From: an uncultured Candidatus Saccharibacteria bacterium
GTDB lineage: Bacteria > Patescibacteriota > Doudnabacteria > UBA920
Reading direction: 5' to 3'
Assembly: GCA_964594755.1 (NCBI GenBank)
Contig: CAZQMO010000003.1
Span: 2,516 to 66,515 of the forward strand
DNA length: 64,000 bases
Position numbers and translations under genes: made by a program. The notes under the pieces were generated by a model, which was given only the letters and a program-made list of their open reading frames with translations, made no database searches and was not told the DNA's origin. Shown one piece after another: positions 56,342 to 64,000 of the stretch. Position 1 is the stretch's first letter, and each line of letters begins with the position of its first letter.

Positions 56342-58576
56342 ATGGCAATAAAACTTACGAATTATCAGGAAGAAGCTACGCAGGAGCTATTACAGGATAC
56401 ATCCAGACTTCTGCGTCAAAGTGGCAATAAAAAACTTGTGTTCAAAGCACCGACAGGCTCAGGCAAAACAATCACAATGGCTGAGTTCCTTGCACGATTC
56501 GCTGATGATAAGACACACGCTCCTTGTGCTTTCATTTGGACAGCCCCTCGACAATTACACGAACAAAGCAAGACTAAACTTGAACGCTATTTCGAGGACA
56601 CGAGAGCCATTGAATGTTCATTTTTTGAGGATTTAGAAGACCGACAAATCCAAGAAAACGAAGTCCTCTTTTTTAACTGGGAAAGTATCCGTCAAGAAAA
56701 TAACATTTATATCAAAGAAAACGAACAGGATAATAACCTGTCCAGCATTATCGAAAGAACGCGCGATGAAGGCAGGGCTATTGTGTTAATAATTGACGAA
56801 AGCCACTATCACGCACAAGCCGAAACCTCCCAAAATCTCATCACTGCAATATCACCGAACCTAACAATAGAAGTATCAGCCACTCCCGTAATGCAAAACC
56901 CTGACAAAATTGTCAGTGTTGATATCGAAGATGTGAAATCGGAGGAGATGATTAAAAAAGCAGTGGTCCTGAATGAAGATTTTAAAAATGTAATCAATAG
57001 AGGACGCACAGAAACTATAAATAGCGAACTTTCTAATAGCACTGATGACATCGTGCTGGCCGAAGCACTGAAAAAACGCCAAGAACTTGTTAAGGCTTAT
57101 AAAAAAGAAGGTGTCGATGTTAACCCATTGCTTCTCATACAGCTTCCAGACCGAAGAGGACAAGCTGACGAGGATAGGCAGACATTAATCATACAAACTC
57201 TGAGAGATAAACACGGCATAACTACTGACAACGGTAAGTTAGCTATTTACCTATCTGAAAACAAAGAAAACCTTGAAAATCTTTCACGCAACGACAATGA
57301 AGTGGAGGTGTTAATTTTCAAACAAGCTATTGCATTAGGTTGGGATTGTCCTCGTGCACACATCCTTGTCTTATTCCGTGAATGGCATAGTCCCGCATTT
57401 TCAATTCAGACACTCGGAAGAATTATGCGAGTATCTGACCCTGAGCAAGGATATTACAATACAGATATCCTAAACTATGGATATGTATATACAAATATTG
57501 ACGATATCGAAATCAAAGACGATATTGGTAAAAATTATGTCGTTACCAACACTTCCCATAGGATTCCTTCTTATAAACCAATCTCACTAATTTCATACCA
57601 TACAAAACGCCAGCGCGAGCAAACTCGTCTTAGCCCTGCTTTCACTAACATATTTATGAATGAAGCAAAAAAGAATAAGCTGGCGGCTAAAATCAAAGTA
57701 AAAGGTCAAAGTGTTCATCCAGCATTTATTACAGACTGGAAAGCGGGCAATGTCGATGAAGTATCAGGTCAACACTTAAAGGCTAACGCGAAAATAGACA
57801 CCGCAAGCGAAATTGATTTGCAAAGGTTGTTTGATTATTTCGCAAGGACAAGCCTAAGCCCTTTCCACCCCGAAGACCGTTCTGTTGGCAGAATGAAGGA
57901 AAGCATATACAAGTTTTTCGAAAAAGAGATGGATATGGATAGAACTACGGATTTTGCAACCATAATCAACTGTGCTCTGAGTGAGGATAACAAACCTCAC
58001 ATCTTAGCTATTATCGAGAATACGAAGCGTGAATACATCTCAGCAACACAACAGCAACAGAAGGAGCTGGTTGAAGAAAGTGGATGGGAAATACCTGAAA
58101 AAATTGTATTAAATGGTGATTACACGGAGCTGGATGCTAAAAAATCCGTGCTCAGTCCGACTTTCACCAACGAAAAGTGGAAATCCGAAAAATCCTTTAT
58201 CAGCTTTTTAGAGCAAAAAGGCAACAATGTAACTTGGTGGTTTAAAAACGGAGACCGTGATGCCACATACTTTGCAGTGCCATATAAAATGGGAAAAGAT
58301 TATTCTCCATTCTATGTCGACTTTGTCGTTCAAATGAAAGATGGAAGCATTGGTCTGTTTGACCCACACGGCATCCACCTAAGTGACTTCGGTGCCAAAT
58401 CTAACGGATTAAAGGTGTATGCTGAAAAAATGCGTAAGGAAGGCCGTGAAATTACTGCAGGCATAGTTGCAAACACTGATAGCAAAAACTATACAGGTCA
58501 ATGGATGATTTATGAGGGTGATGGTAAAGATGTCGTTGAAGGTGACTGGACTAACTGGAAACCACTGGAGTTATAA
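56342..58576 (+). CDS. res: Type III restriction enzyme Res subunit (SF2 helicase-nuclease)
   Basis: 744 aa. Walker A KAPTGSGKT and a DEAH-box (LIIDESHYHAQ). Start is 2 nt after the mod stop. Confidence 0.75.
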   Translation: MAIKLTNYQEEATQELLQDTSRLLRQSGNKKLVFKAPTGSGKTITMAEFLARFADDKTHAPCAFIWTAPRQLHEQSKTKLERYFEDTRAIECSFFEDLEDRQIQENEVLFFNWESIRQENNIYIKENEQDNNLSSIIERTRDEGRAIVLIIDESHYHAQAETSQNLITAISPNLTIEVSATPVMQNPDKIVSVDIEDVKSEEMIKKAVVLNEDFKNVINRGRTETINSELSNSTDDIVLAEALKKRQELVKAYKKEGVDVNPLLLIQLPDRRGQADEDRQTLIIQTLRDKHGITTDNGKLAIYLSENKENLENLSRNDNEVEVLIFKQAIALGWDCPRAHILVLFREWHSPAFSIQTLGRIMRVSDPEQGYYNTDILNYGYVYTNIDDIEIKDDIGKNYVVTNTSHRIPSYKPISLISYHTKRQREQTRLSPAFTNIFMNEAKKNKLAAKIKVKGQSVHPAFITDWKAGNVDEVSGQHLKANAKIDTASEIDLQRLFDYFARTSLSPFHPEDRSVGRMKESIYKFFEKEMDMDRTTDFATIINCALSEDNKPHILAIIENTKREYISATQQQQKELVEESGWEIPEKIVLNGDYTELDAKKSVLSPTFTNEKWKSEKSFISFLEQKGNNVTWWFKNGDRDATYFAVPYKMGKDYSPFYVDFVVQMKDGSIGLFDPHGIHLSDFGAKSNGLKVYAEKMRKEGREITAGIVANTDSKNYTGQWMIYEGDGKDVVEGDWTNWKPLEL

Positions 58577-58592
58577 CAGTGCTGCTTAAATT

Positions 58593-59222
58593 ATGGAATA
58601 CAATCAAGTAATCGAAATTATCAATATAATTATAAAACTGTTAGATGTAGTGGCCTGGCCTTTGGCGGTCGGTATTATAATTTTTCTATTCCGGAAAGAG
58701 CTTACTGAATTGTTTAATGATTTAGTTGATATGAAGTTTCGCGCACCAGGAGGGGCAGAGTTTACTTTGGCAAGGAAACAAATGGAACGGGTAAAAACCA
58801 AACCTGATGATGTGCAAGAAAATACAGTGCGAAATGAAGAGCACAATGATACATCTAATTCTGCTGATGTGAAGGATTTGGAAAAGCAATTAGAGGAAAC
58901 CAAAGAATGGGTAGAGTTCGAGCAAATATACCGGGAAATCCTTGGGAGTCAAATTTCGTTGTTAGAAGATATGTTAACTTTCTTCATCAAAAAAAGCGGT
59001 GTATTTTACTTATTTTTTGAAAACCATTTTCGTTCTGTAAGTAAATCCAACCCTGCTCTATCCTCTTGGACTACTTCAGATTATTTACAATATCTATTCC
59101 TGAACGGTCTAATAACCCAAACCCAAGGTGACCCTGTCCCTATTTATAATTTGACTGAGAAGGGATTTAACTTCATCCATTACTTAAATTGGAGAGGGTA
59201 TTCCAAGCAAAAGTTATTCTAA
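58593..59222 (+). CDS. membrane-anchored hypothetical protein adjacent to the R-M pair
   Basis: 209 aa. N-terminal TM helix (VVAWPLAVGIIIFLF) and a coiled-coil middle. Starts 16 nt after res. Confidence 0.5.
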   Translation: MEYNQVIEIINIIIKLLDVVAWPLAVGIIIFLFRKELTELFNDLVDMKFRAPGGAEFTLARKQMERVKTKPDDVQENTVRNEEHNDTSNSADVKDLEKQLEETKEWVEFEQIYREILGSQISLLEDMLTFFIKKSGVFYLFFENHFRSVSKSNPALSSWTTSDYLQYLFLNGLITQTQGDPVPIYNLTEKGFNFIHYLNWRGYSKQKLF

Positions 59223-59289
59223 TAAATTAGGTAAATGTGGAAGTGGCTCCTGAATTAAATAAGTTCGAATATTCTCGACAGTTCCGAGC

Positions 59290-59328
59290 CAAAAGTAAAA
59301 GTCCGATTCATTCGGGCTTTTACTTTTG
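59290..59328 (+). terminator. long hairpin / putative terminator
   Basis: AAAAGTAAAAGTCCGattcattCGGGCTTTTACTTTTGttttg, a 15-bp stem with one mismatch. Confidence 0.45.
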
Positions 59329-59456
59329 TTTTGCGCTGGGATTCGAACATTAATAAAAAGGTTAGACTACTCAATCACAGCTCCACACTTTCATCCACAT
59401 CAATAAAATCATAATTGTTAATTTTAAATAATCTAAAGTTCAACTATAATTAAAGT

Positions 59457-59669
59457 ATGAATATTATGTCTGTGTTTACCACTGGACTTATCATCCTCTG
59501 CGGCGCAATTCTGTTAAATTATTTAGCAAATATTTTGGGCTTAACCTCGTGGTACGAATTTCTAAAACAACCTCGGCAGCCGGGTTTATTGAATTTATTG
59601 TGGCTATTTATAATTTACCCATTCTGCCTTGGGATAATTGCATTCTATTCAGCGAAATTATTTAACTAA
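59457..59669 (+). CDS. small membrane protein
   Basis: 70 aa with two hydrophobic helices. Confidence 0.4.
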   Translation: MNIMSVFTTGLIILCGAILLNYLANILGLTSWYEFLKQPRQPGLLNLLWLFIIYPFCLGIIAFYSAKLFN

Positions 59670-59700
59670 GTTATCGGATTATACTAGTTGGCCAATTAAT

Positions 59701-60006
59701 ATGAATCAACCTATTTTAGCCGGTACTGTTCACATAGTTCCCAAAGATCTTAAAACTGCGATTGCATCAAATAACACCATTCTTACAAAGTGGAATAATC
59801 TGACCCCACTGGCACGCAACGAATGGATTTGCTGGGTAACTTTTGTTAAGCAGGAAAAAACCAGGGCGAATCACATTAAGCGAGTTATAAACGAACTGAA
59901 GCAAGGCAAACGCCGACCCTGCTGTTGGATAGGATGTATTCACAGAAAAGATAAAAAATTAAGTCCTTCAATTAAAGCATTGTTATCAAAAACCGCTAGA
60001 CACTAA
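59701..60006 (+). CDS. YdeI/OmpD-associated family-like protein
   Basis: The track ORF starts at 59638, overlapping the previous ORF. The internal Met at 59701 (MNQPIL) is more likely. The pattern W..LTPLARNEWICWVTFVKQEKTRANHIKRVINELKQGKRRP resembles the YdeI/DUF1801-like C-terminal domain. Confidence 0.5.
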   Translation: MNQPILAGTVHIVPKDLKTAIASNNTILTKWNNLTPLARNEWICWVTFVKQEKTRANHIKRVINELKQGKRRPCCWIGCIHRKDKKLSPSIKALLSKTARH

Positions 60007-60034
60007 ACCCTTTACGATACCCAAAACAAACAAC

Positions 60035-60946
60035 ATGGAAGTCATCAATATTATACTACCTGTCTTTGCCGTTATCGGCCTGGGTTACCTGCTCGCGAGA
60101 TACAAAATTATCAGGCCAACCTGGACTAATGCCCTAAACAAATTCGTTTATTATGTTTCACTACCAGCACTAATCATCACCAGCTTTGAAACAATCACTT
60201 GGGGAGCAGATACCTTGCAGTTTTTGCTGTTTCACTTTGTTTTAATAGCCGCATCATCGGTTATTCTATTGGCACTACTCTCAGGCTTACGGCTCAACGC
60301 CAAAACCAAGGTAACCGCAATAATCGCTGGGTTAATTGGTAACACAGCATATATGGGCTTTCCAATCTTGAATAGCACCATACCCGAAGCCAATCTGGCG
60401 CAAGCTATGGCCGCGGCCACCATCCAGCTCATTTCCGGTATCATCGTGGCGATTTTAATCATTGAATACTTCATCTTAAAAAGCAAACGGCTGAGTACCT
60501 ACTCAACCGACATCTTTAAAAATCCCTTAATGATATCTGTGGCAGCTGGAGTACTCTTGAGCGCATTGCCGCACAGCATCTTACCAAATGGAGCTTGGGA
60601 ACCCATCAGAATGCTCGGGACCACAGCCAGTCCACTTGCGCTGTTCACTTTAGGCTCCTTCATGTTCGGCAAATTCCATAAACTGCAGTTATCAGGCACA
60701 ACTGCAGTGATAGTGATCAAATTAATCCTCTTACCGCTAGTCACATGGCAGCTCGTCAATTGGTTGGGTTTTACTGGACCCGAAATCAGCGCCTCAGTTA
60801 TTATCTCTGCTATGCCGGCCGCGGTAACTACTTTCATCCTTGCTGAAAAATACCAACTTAACCAAGAACTAGCTGCTAACTCAATTTTATTTGGCACTCT
60901 GCTTTCTGCCATCACATTGCCATTCTTGCTGCATTGGTTAATTTAG
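60035..60946 (+). CDS. AEC-family (auxin efflux carrier-like) transporter
   Basis: 303 aa, about 8-10 TM helices. N-terminus MEVINIILPVFAVIGLGYLLARYKI is typical of AEC/malate permeases. Confidence 0.75.
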   Translation: MEVINIILPVFAVIGLGYLLARYKIIRPTWTNALNKFVYYVSLPALIITSFETITWGADTLQFLLFHFVLIAASSVILLALLSGLRLNAKTKVTAIIAGLIGNTAYMGFPILNSTIPEANLAQAMAAATIQLISGIIVAILIIEYFILKSKRLSTYSTDIFKNPLMISVAAGVLLSALPHSILPNGAWEPIRMLGTTASPLALFTLGSFMFGKFHKLQLSGTTAVIVIKLILLPLVTWQLVNWLGFTGPEISASVIISAMPAAVTTFILAEKYQLNQELAANSILFGTLLSAITLPFLLHWLI

Positions 60947-61019
60947 AACCAAGTAGTCATAGATGTATTCTGCTAAACATCAACACCCTCTGCCTAATAA
61001 TATTTAATCTCAATCTATT

Positions 61020-62321
61020 ATGAAAACCTTTTACCAACTTTTAGTTAACACGCTGCTCGCTGGAGTGACTAATATGTACGTCTGGTTCGCTCTAGTGTTC
61101 TGGGCCTATCTGGAAACAAATTCAGTTATTGCCACTTCGGTGATAGGTGGAATTTTTTTAGTTAACATGGCTTTCTCGAGTTTTTGGCTGGGGTCAGTTG
61201 TAGACCACAACAAGAAGAAACACGCCATGATGTTGTCCAGCTTAGCCACTTTATTACTATTTGCTTCGGCTCTCGGAATTTACCTTCATGCCCCTACTGG
61301 TGCGTTTCAATCCTTAAACAGTGTTTGGCTATGGGTCTTAGTGGTGACCTTAATGCTCGGGGTTGCGGCTGGCAACATTCGCAACATTGCCCTACCAACC
61401 GTCGTAACTTTACTAGTTCCACCAGAGAATCGCGATAAAGCCAACGGTCTGATTGGTACGATGATGGGTATCAGCTTTGCCATCACATCAGTAGCCAGCG
61501 GATTTATCTTGGCATACGGAGGTATGGGTTGGGTGCTAAGTATTGCGGTTAGTGTCACAGCGCTCGCGATTATCCATTTGGCGTTTGTAACAGTGCCAGA
61601 AGAACAAATTATTCATACCGAAACAAAACCCAAAAAGTTAGATATTCGAGGCACCATCAAAGTGGTTGGTGCTATCCCAGGCTTGTTTGCATTAATTTTC
61701 TTTACCACCTTTAATAATTTTCTAGGAGGGGTATTTATGGCTTTAATGGATGCATACGGATTATCGTTAGTTTCGGTGCAGACTTGGGGTACTATGTTTG
61801 CCGTGCTCAGCTCTGGATTCATTTTAGGAGGATTGATTGTCGCCAAAAAAGGTCTTGGTGCAAATCCCTTAAAAACTTTATTCAAAGCAAGTATTGTGAT
61901 GTGGATTTCTTGCATCTTCTTTACCATTCAACCATCAATAATCTTGTTGGCAGCTGGTATGCTGCTTTGGATGACCTTATCGCCCTTTATTGAAGCCACT
62001 GAGCAAACGATTATCCAAAAAGTTGTTCCTTATGAACGTCAAGGTCGAGTGTTTGGTTTTGCTCAGAGCATCGAACAGGCTGCTTCACCGATTACTGCCT
62101 TTCTAATTGGTCCAATCGCACAATTCTTTTTTATCCCCCTAATGACCAATGGTCTAGGTACAGAGTTAATTGGAAGCTGGTTCGGCACTGGACCAGCCCG
62201 TGGAATCGCACTAGTGTTTACTACTACTGGAATCATTGGTTTAATTGTTACGCTACTGGCCATGCGGTCTAACTCGTATAAACTTCTATTTCAAAAATAC
62301 TCAGAGCCATCAACTAATTGA
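61020..62321 (+). CDS. MFS transporter
   Basis: 433 aa, 12 predicted TM helices. MFS loop motif near TM2-3 (GSVVDHNKKKHAM). Confidence 0.75.
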   Translation: MKTFYQLLVNTLLAGVTNMYVWFALVFWAYLETNSVIATSVIGGIFLVNMAFSSFWLGSVVDHNKKKHAMMLSSLATLLLFASALGIYLHAPTGAFQSLNSVWLWVLVVTLMLGVAAGNIRNIALPTVVTLLVPPENRDKANGLIGTMMGISFAITSVASGFILAYGGMGWVLSIAVSVTALAIIHLAFVTVPEEQIIHTETKPKKLDIRGTIKVVGAIPGLFALIFFTTFNNFLGGVFMALMDAYGLSLVSVQTWGTMFAVLSSGFILGGLIVAKKGLGANPLKTLFKASIVMWISCIFFTIQPSIILLAAGMLLWMTLSPFIEATEQTIIQKVVPYERQGRVFGFAQSIEQAASPITAFLIGPIAQFFFIPLMTNGLGTELIGSWFGTGPARGIALVFTTTGIIGLIVTLLAMRSNSYKLLFQKYSEPSTN

Positions 62322-62390
62322 GCAAGTGAGTTCATGCTGTCAAACCATTCAAACTAACACGCCAGCAATTTTTTTGTTAAAATAACTATA

Positions 62391-62555
62391 TGGAGAAAAT
62401 TAAAATTGAACAACACAGTTCGCTGGGAGTATTGTGGTTCGCTGGTTGGTTATTTACCATCGGTTACCTACAACTCGCCTTCGGACAAGGCCTGTTGGCT
62501 CTGATTGTTTGGCCATACTACATTGGCCGACACTTAGCTAATCTAGCTATGTAGC
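62391..62555 (+). CDS. small hydrophobic protein (54 aa), unannotated, low confidence
   Basis: MEKIKIEQHSSLGVLWFAGWLFTIGYLQLAFGQGLLALIVWPYYIGRHLANLAM*. Weak RBS. Confidence 0.25.
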
Positions 62556-62585
62556 CAAGAGTTGCTATATATTTTTTTATAAACC

Positions 62586-62652
62586 ACAGCCCAGTTGGCT
62601 GTATTTAAGATTTTTTAATAACGTAAACACCGCCCTACTGGCGGTGTTGTGT
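62586..62652. terminator. pair of intrinsic terminators between convergent genes
   Basis: ACAGCCcagttGGCTGT followed by atttaagatttttt, and AACACCGCCctactGGCGGTGTT followed by gtgttt. Confidence 0.6.
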
Positions 62653-63870
62653 TTAACGAGAGTTTCGCTCAGGCCAAGTTAAGTATCTTGCAGCTACTAA
62701 GGTAGCAATCGGGACTGCTAGAATTAACGCTGTGCTTCCAGCCAAAGCCCGTACAATCTCTTCGGCCATAAATTCGCTGTTTAATAAAACCCAAAGTGGC
62801 TGATCTGTAGCCGAGACTATCAATAAAAATAGTGGTAAACTGGCTCCTACATACACCAAGATCAATGTGTTTATCAACGATGCAATATGTTCTTTACCTA
62901 CGGACATCCCTGCCAAAAATAACTCTTTCTTAGTTAAATATGGATTGGCCTTCGATAATTCTTCTATTGCTGCGGTTTGGGTTGTAGTCACATCATCAAG
63001 AACTCCAAGTAAAGAAATAATTAAACCACCGAGCAATAGTCCACGCAAATCTATGTTTCCTAAAAAGCCAGCTTGCAAAACAAAAGCATCACTTTGCCCA
63101 AGTCCAAACAGTTGAGTTAATGTGATAAACATATACGAAAGTACAACTGCTGTCACTAAAGCCAGTAAAGTACTTAGAACAGCAAGTTTTGTCCTTCTAT
63201 TAAATCCATGTGCGATAAACATAGTGAGTATTACAATTAGCCCAGATGAAACTAGAGATACAGCTAATGCATTTTTTCCTGCCAAGAGTTGCGGAGCAGT
63301 GAAGAAAATTAATATTAAACCTACAACAAGTAATCCAACTAAAGACAACGCTCCTTGGCGGCGACCTATCAATATCGCTAGTAAAACAAATATCACAACG
63401 ACGATAAGTAATCCTGAGGTTCGCAGTCTGTCAACTACAATGTATTCACCTTCTGCGACTTCACCAAATAACAATTCATCACTCTCTGATGGAGGTAAAT
63501 AACCAAGCACGATTTTGTCGCCAGCACGAAGTTGATTAACATTTTTCGAATCTAATAATCTCGTAAAGTCAGTTTCAAAAGTTTTACCTGTACTTCCTCC
63601 AGAAGTAATTCGAACTAACAACCGTTGATAAAGCGTATTCGCTTGAAGCGCTTCGTCTATGCGTTCCTCTTGAACTGAGATCACCTCACCTTTTTCAAAC
63701 GAAGAAAAACTTTGCGTATCAAACTGGCCTTTATCAGAAGCCAGTTCTGAAGCTGAAGGTTTCATCCAAACTAAAATCCCTGACAAAAATGACAATATTA
63801 GGAAGCCAACCAGAATATGATTTATAAAGAAATAGTTTTTCACCAGCTTATTATAACAAAAAACAGCCAC
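62653..63870 (-). CDS. YibE/F-like polytopic membrane protein
   Basis: 405 aa. An N-terminal TM helix, a roughly 110-aa extracytoplasmic domain, then about 8 TM helices, matching YibE/F family architecture. Confidence 0.5.
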   Translation of the reverse strand: MAVFCYNKLVKNYFFINHILVGFLILSFLSGILVWMKPSASELASDKGQFDTQSFSSFEKGEVISVQEERIDEALQANTLYQRLLVRITSGGSTGKTFETDFTRLLDSKNVNQLRAGDKIVLGYLPPSESDELLFGEVAEGEYIVVDRLRTSGLLIVVVIFVLLAILIGRRQGALSLVGLLVVGLILIFFTAPQLLAGKNALAVSLVSSGLIVILTMFIAHGFNRRTKLAVLSTLLALVTAVVLSYMFITLTQLFGLGQSDAFVLQAGFLGNIDLRGLLLGGLIISLLGVLDDVTTTQTAAIEELSKANPYLTKKELFLAGMSVGKEHIASLINTLILVYVGASLPLFLLIVSATDQPLWVLLNSEFMAEEIVRALAGSTALILAVPIATLVAARYLTWPERNSR

Positions 63871-64000
63871 TTGGGCTGTTAGTGTTTGTGTTCAAGATTA
63901 ACGTTTAAAACATGTAAAAAATATACCAATAGCTGCTGAAGAATTATGAATACGAATCTTAAGCTTTGGGTAAGAAAAGCGATTGCCATCCAACTCAAAA

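Larger units (their letters stand above)
51091..59350. mobile_element. putative integrated element at tRNA-Asn (serine recombinase + RHH + small ORFs + Type III R-M)
   Basis: A recombinase abuts and overlaps the tRNA. Cargo includes the R-M genes. A tRNA T-arm-like 13-mer (TTCGAATCCCAGC) sits in inverted orientation at 59338..59350, beside a strong hairpin. Boundaries are approximate and inferred. Confidence 0.45.

Noticed and set aside
59338-59350. Second complete tRNA on the minus strand near 59340
   Set aside because: Only a 13-nt T-loop/T-stem match exists. There is no 5' T-stem, anticodon arm or acceptor stem. It is treated as a possible att remnant only.
1-64000. CRISPR array or cas genes
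   Set aside because: No regularly spaced direct repeats were found. The only tandem repeat is the 27-nt in-frame coding repeat at 36775..36860.

Overview
The window looks like a low-GC, reduced-genome bacterium, probably a Patescibacteria/CPR lineage such as Saccharibacteria (inference from gene content). Gene density is high and mostly on the minus strand.

Housekeeping genes recognised from motifs:
- Translation and DNA repair: ileS, argS, infC-rpmI-rplT, smpB, rsmA/ksgA, pcrA/uvrD, recO.
- Ribonucleotide reductase operon: nrdR-nrdA-nrdB.
- Transport and metabolism: an Nramp/MntH transporter, an AEC permease, an MFS transporter, a D-2-hydroxyacid dehydrogenase and a MOFRL glycerate kinase.
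- RNA genes: a complete tmRNA (27622..28004, consensus promoter and terminator) and tRNA-Asn(GTT) at 51091..51165.

Accessory and surface content:
- 1..11723 (-): a type-IV-secretion-like cluster with a VirB4-family ATPase, a 1118-aa VirB6/TrbL-like polytopic protein, and several secreted or membrane proteins.
- 47646..50671 (-): a type IV minor-pilin cluster including a PilX_N-like 588-aa protein.
- LysM/CHAP cell-wall hydrolases and many signal-peptide proteins.
- About 50.8-59.4 kb: a putative integrated element at tRNA-Asn. It carries a large serine recombinase whose ORF overlaps the tRNA, a ribbon-helix-helix protein, small ORFs and a Type III restriction-modification mod/res pair. A GIY-YIG gene sits between a degenerate 5' tRNA-Asn copy and the intact tRNA.

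Most unusual observations:
1. A 74-nt element 120 nt upstream of smpB (25553..25626) looks like a tmRNA tRNA-like domain (G3:U70, A73, T-arm, CCA) with no mRNA-like domain. Its internal hairpin is complementary (14 nt) to a segment 70 nt downstream.
2. Two paralogous conserved noncoding elements of about 110 nt lie upstream of ileS and of nrdA, with a compensatory base-pair change in a shared hairpin.
3. A tightly linked minus-strand operon at 29212..30520 encodes an unknown 174-aa protein, a Fe(II)/2OG-oxygenase-like protein, a strongly SD-driven 27-aa Cys-rich peptide (MTRKERIRRIAEKLCAAKCAACQGCTS) and a SAM methyltransferase. This is a candidate RiPP-like or small-peptide system that is not in the ORF track.

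All functional calls come from motifs visible in the translations. No database searches were run.
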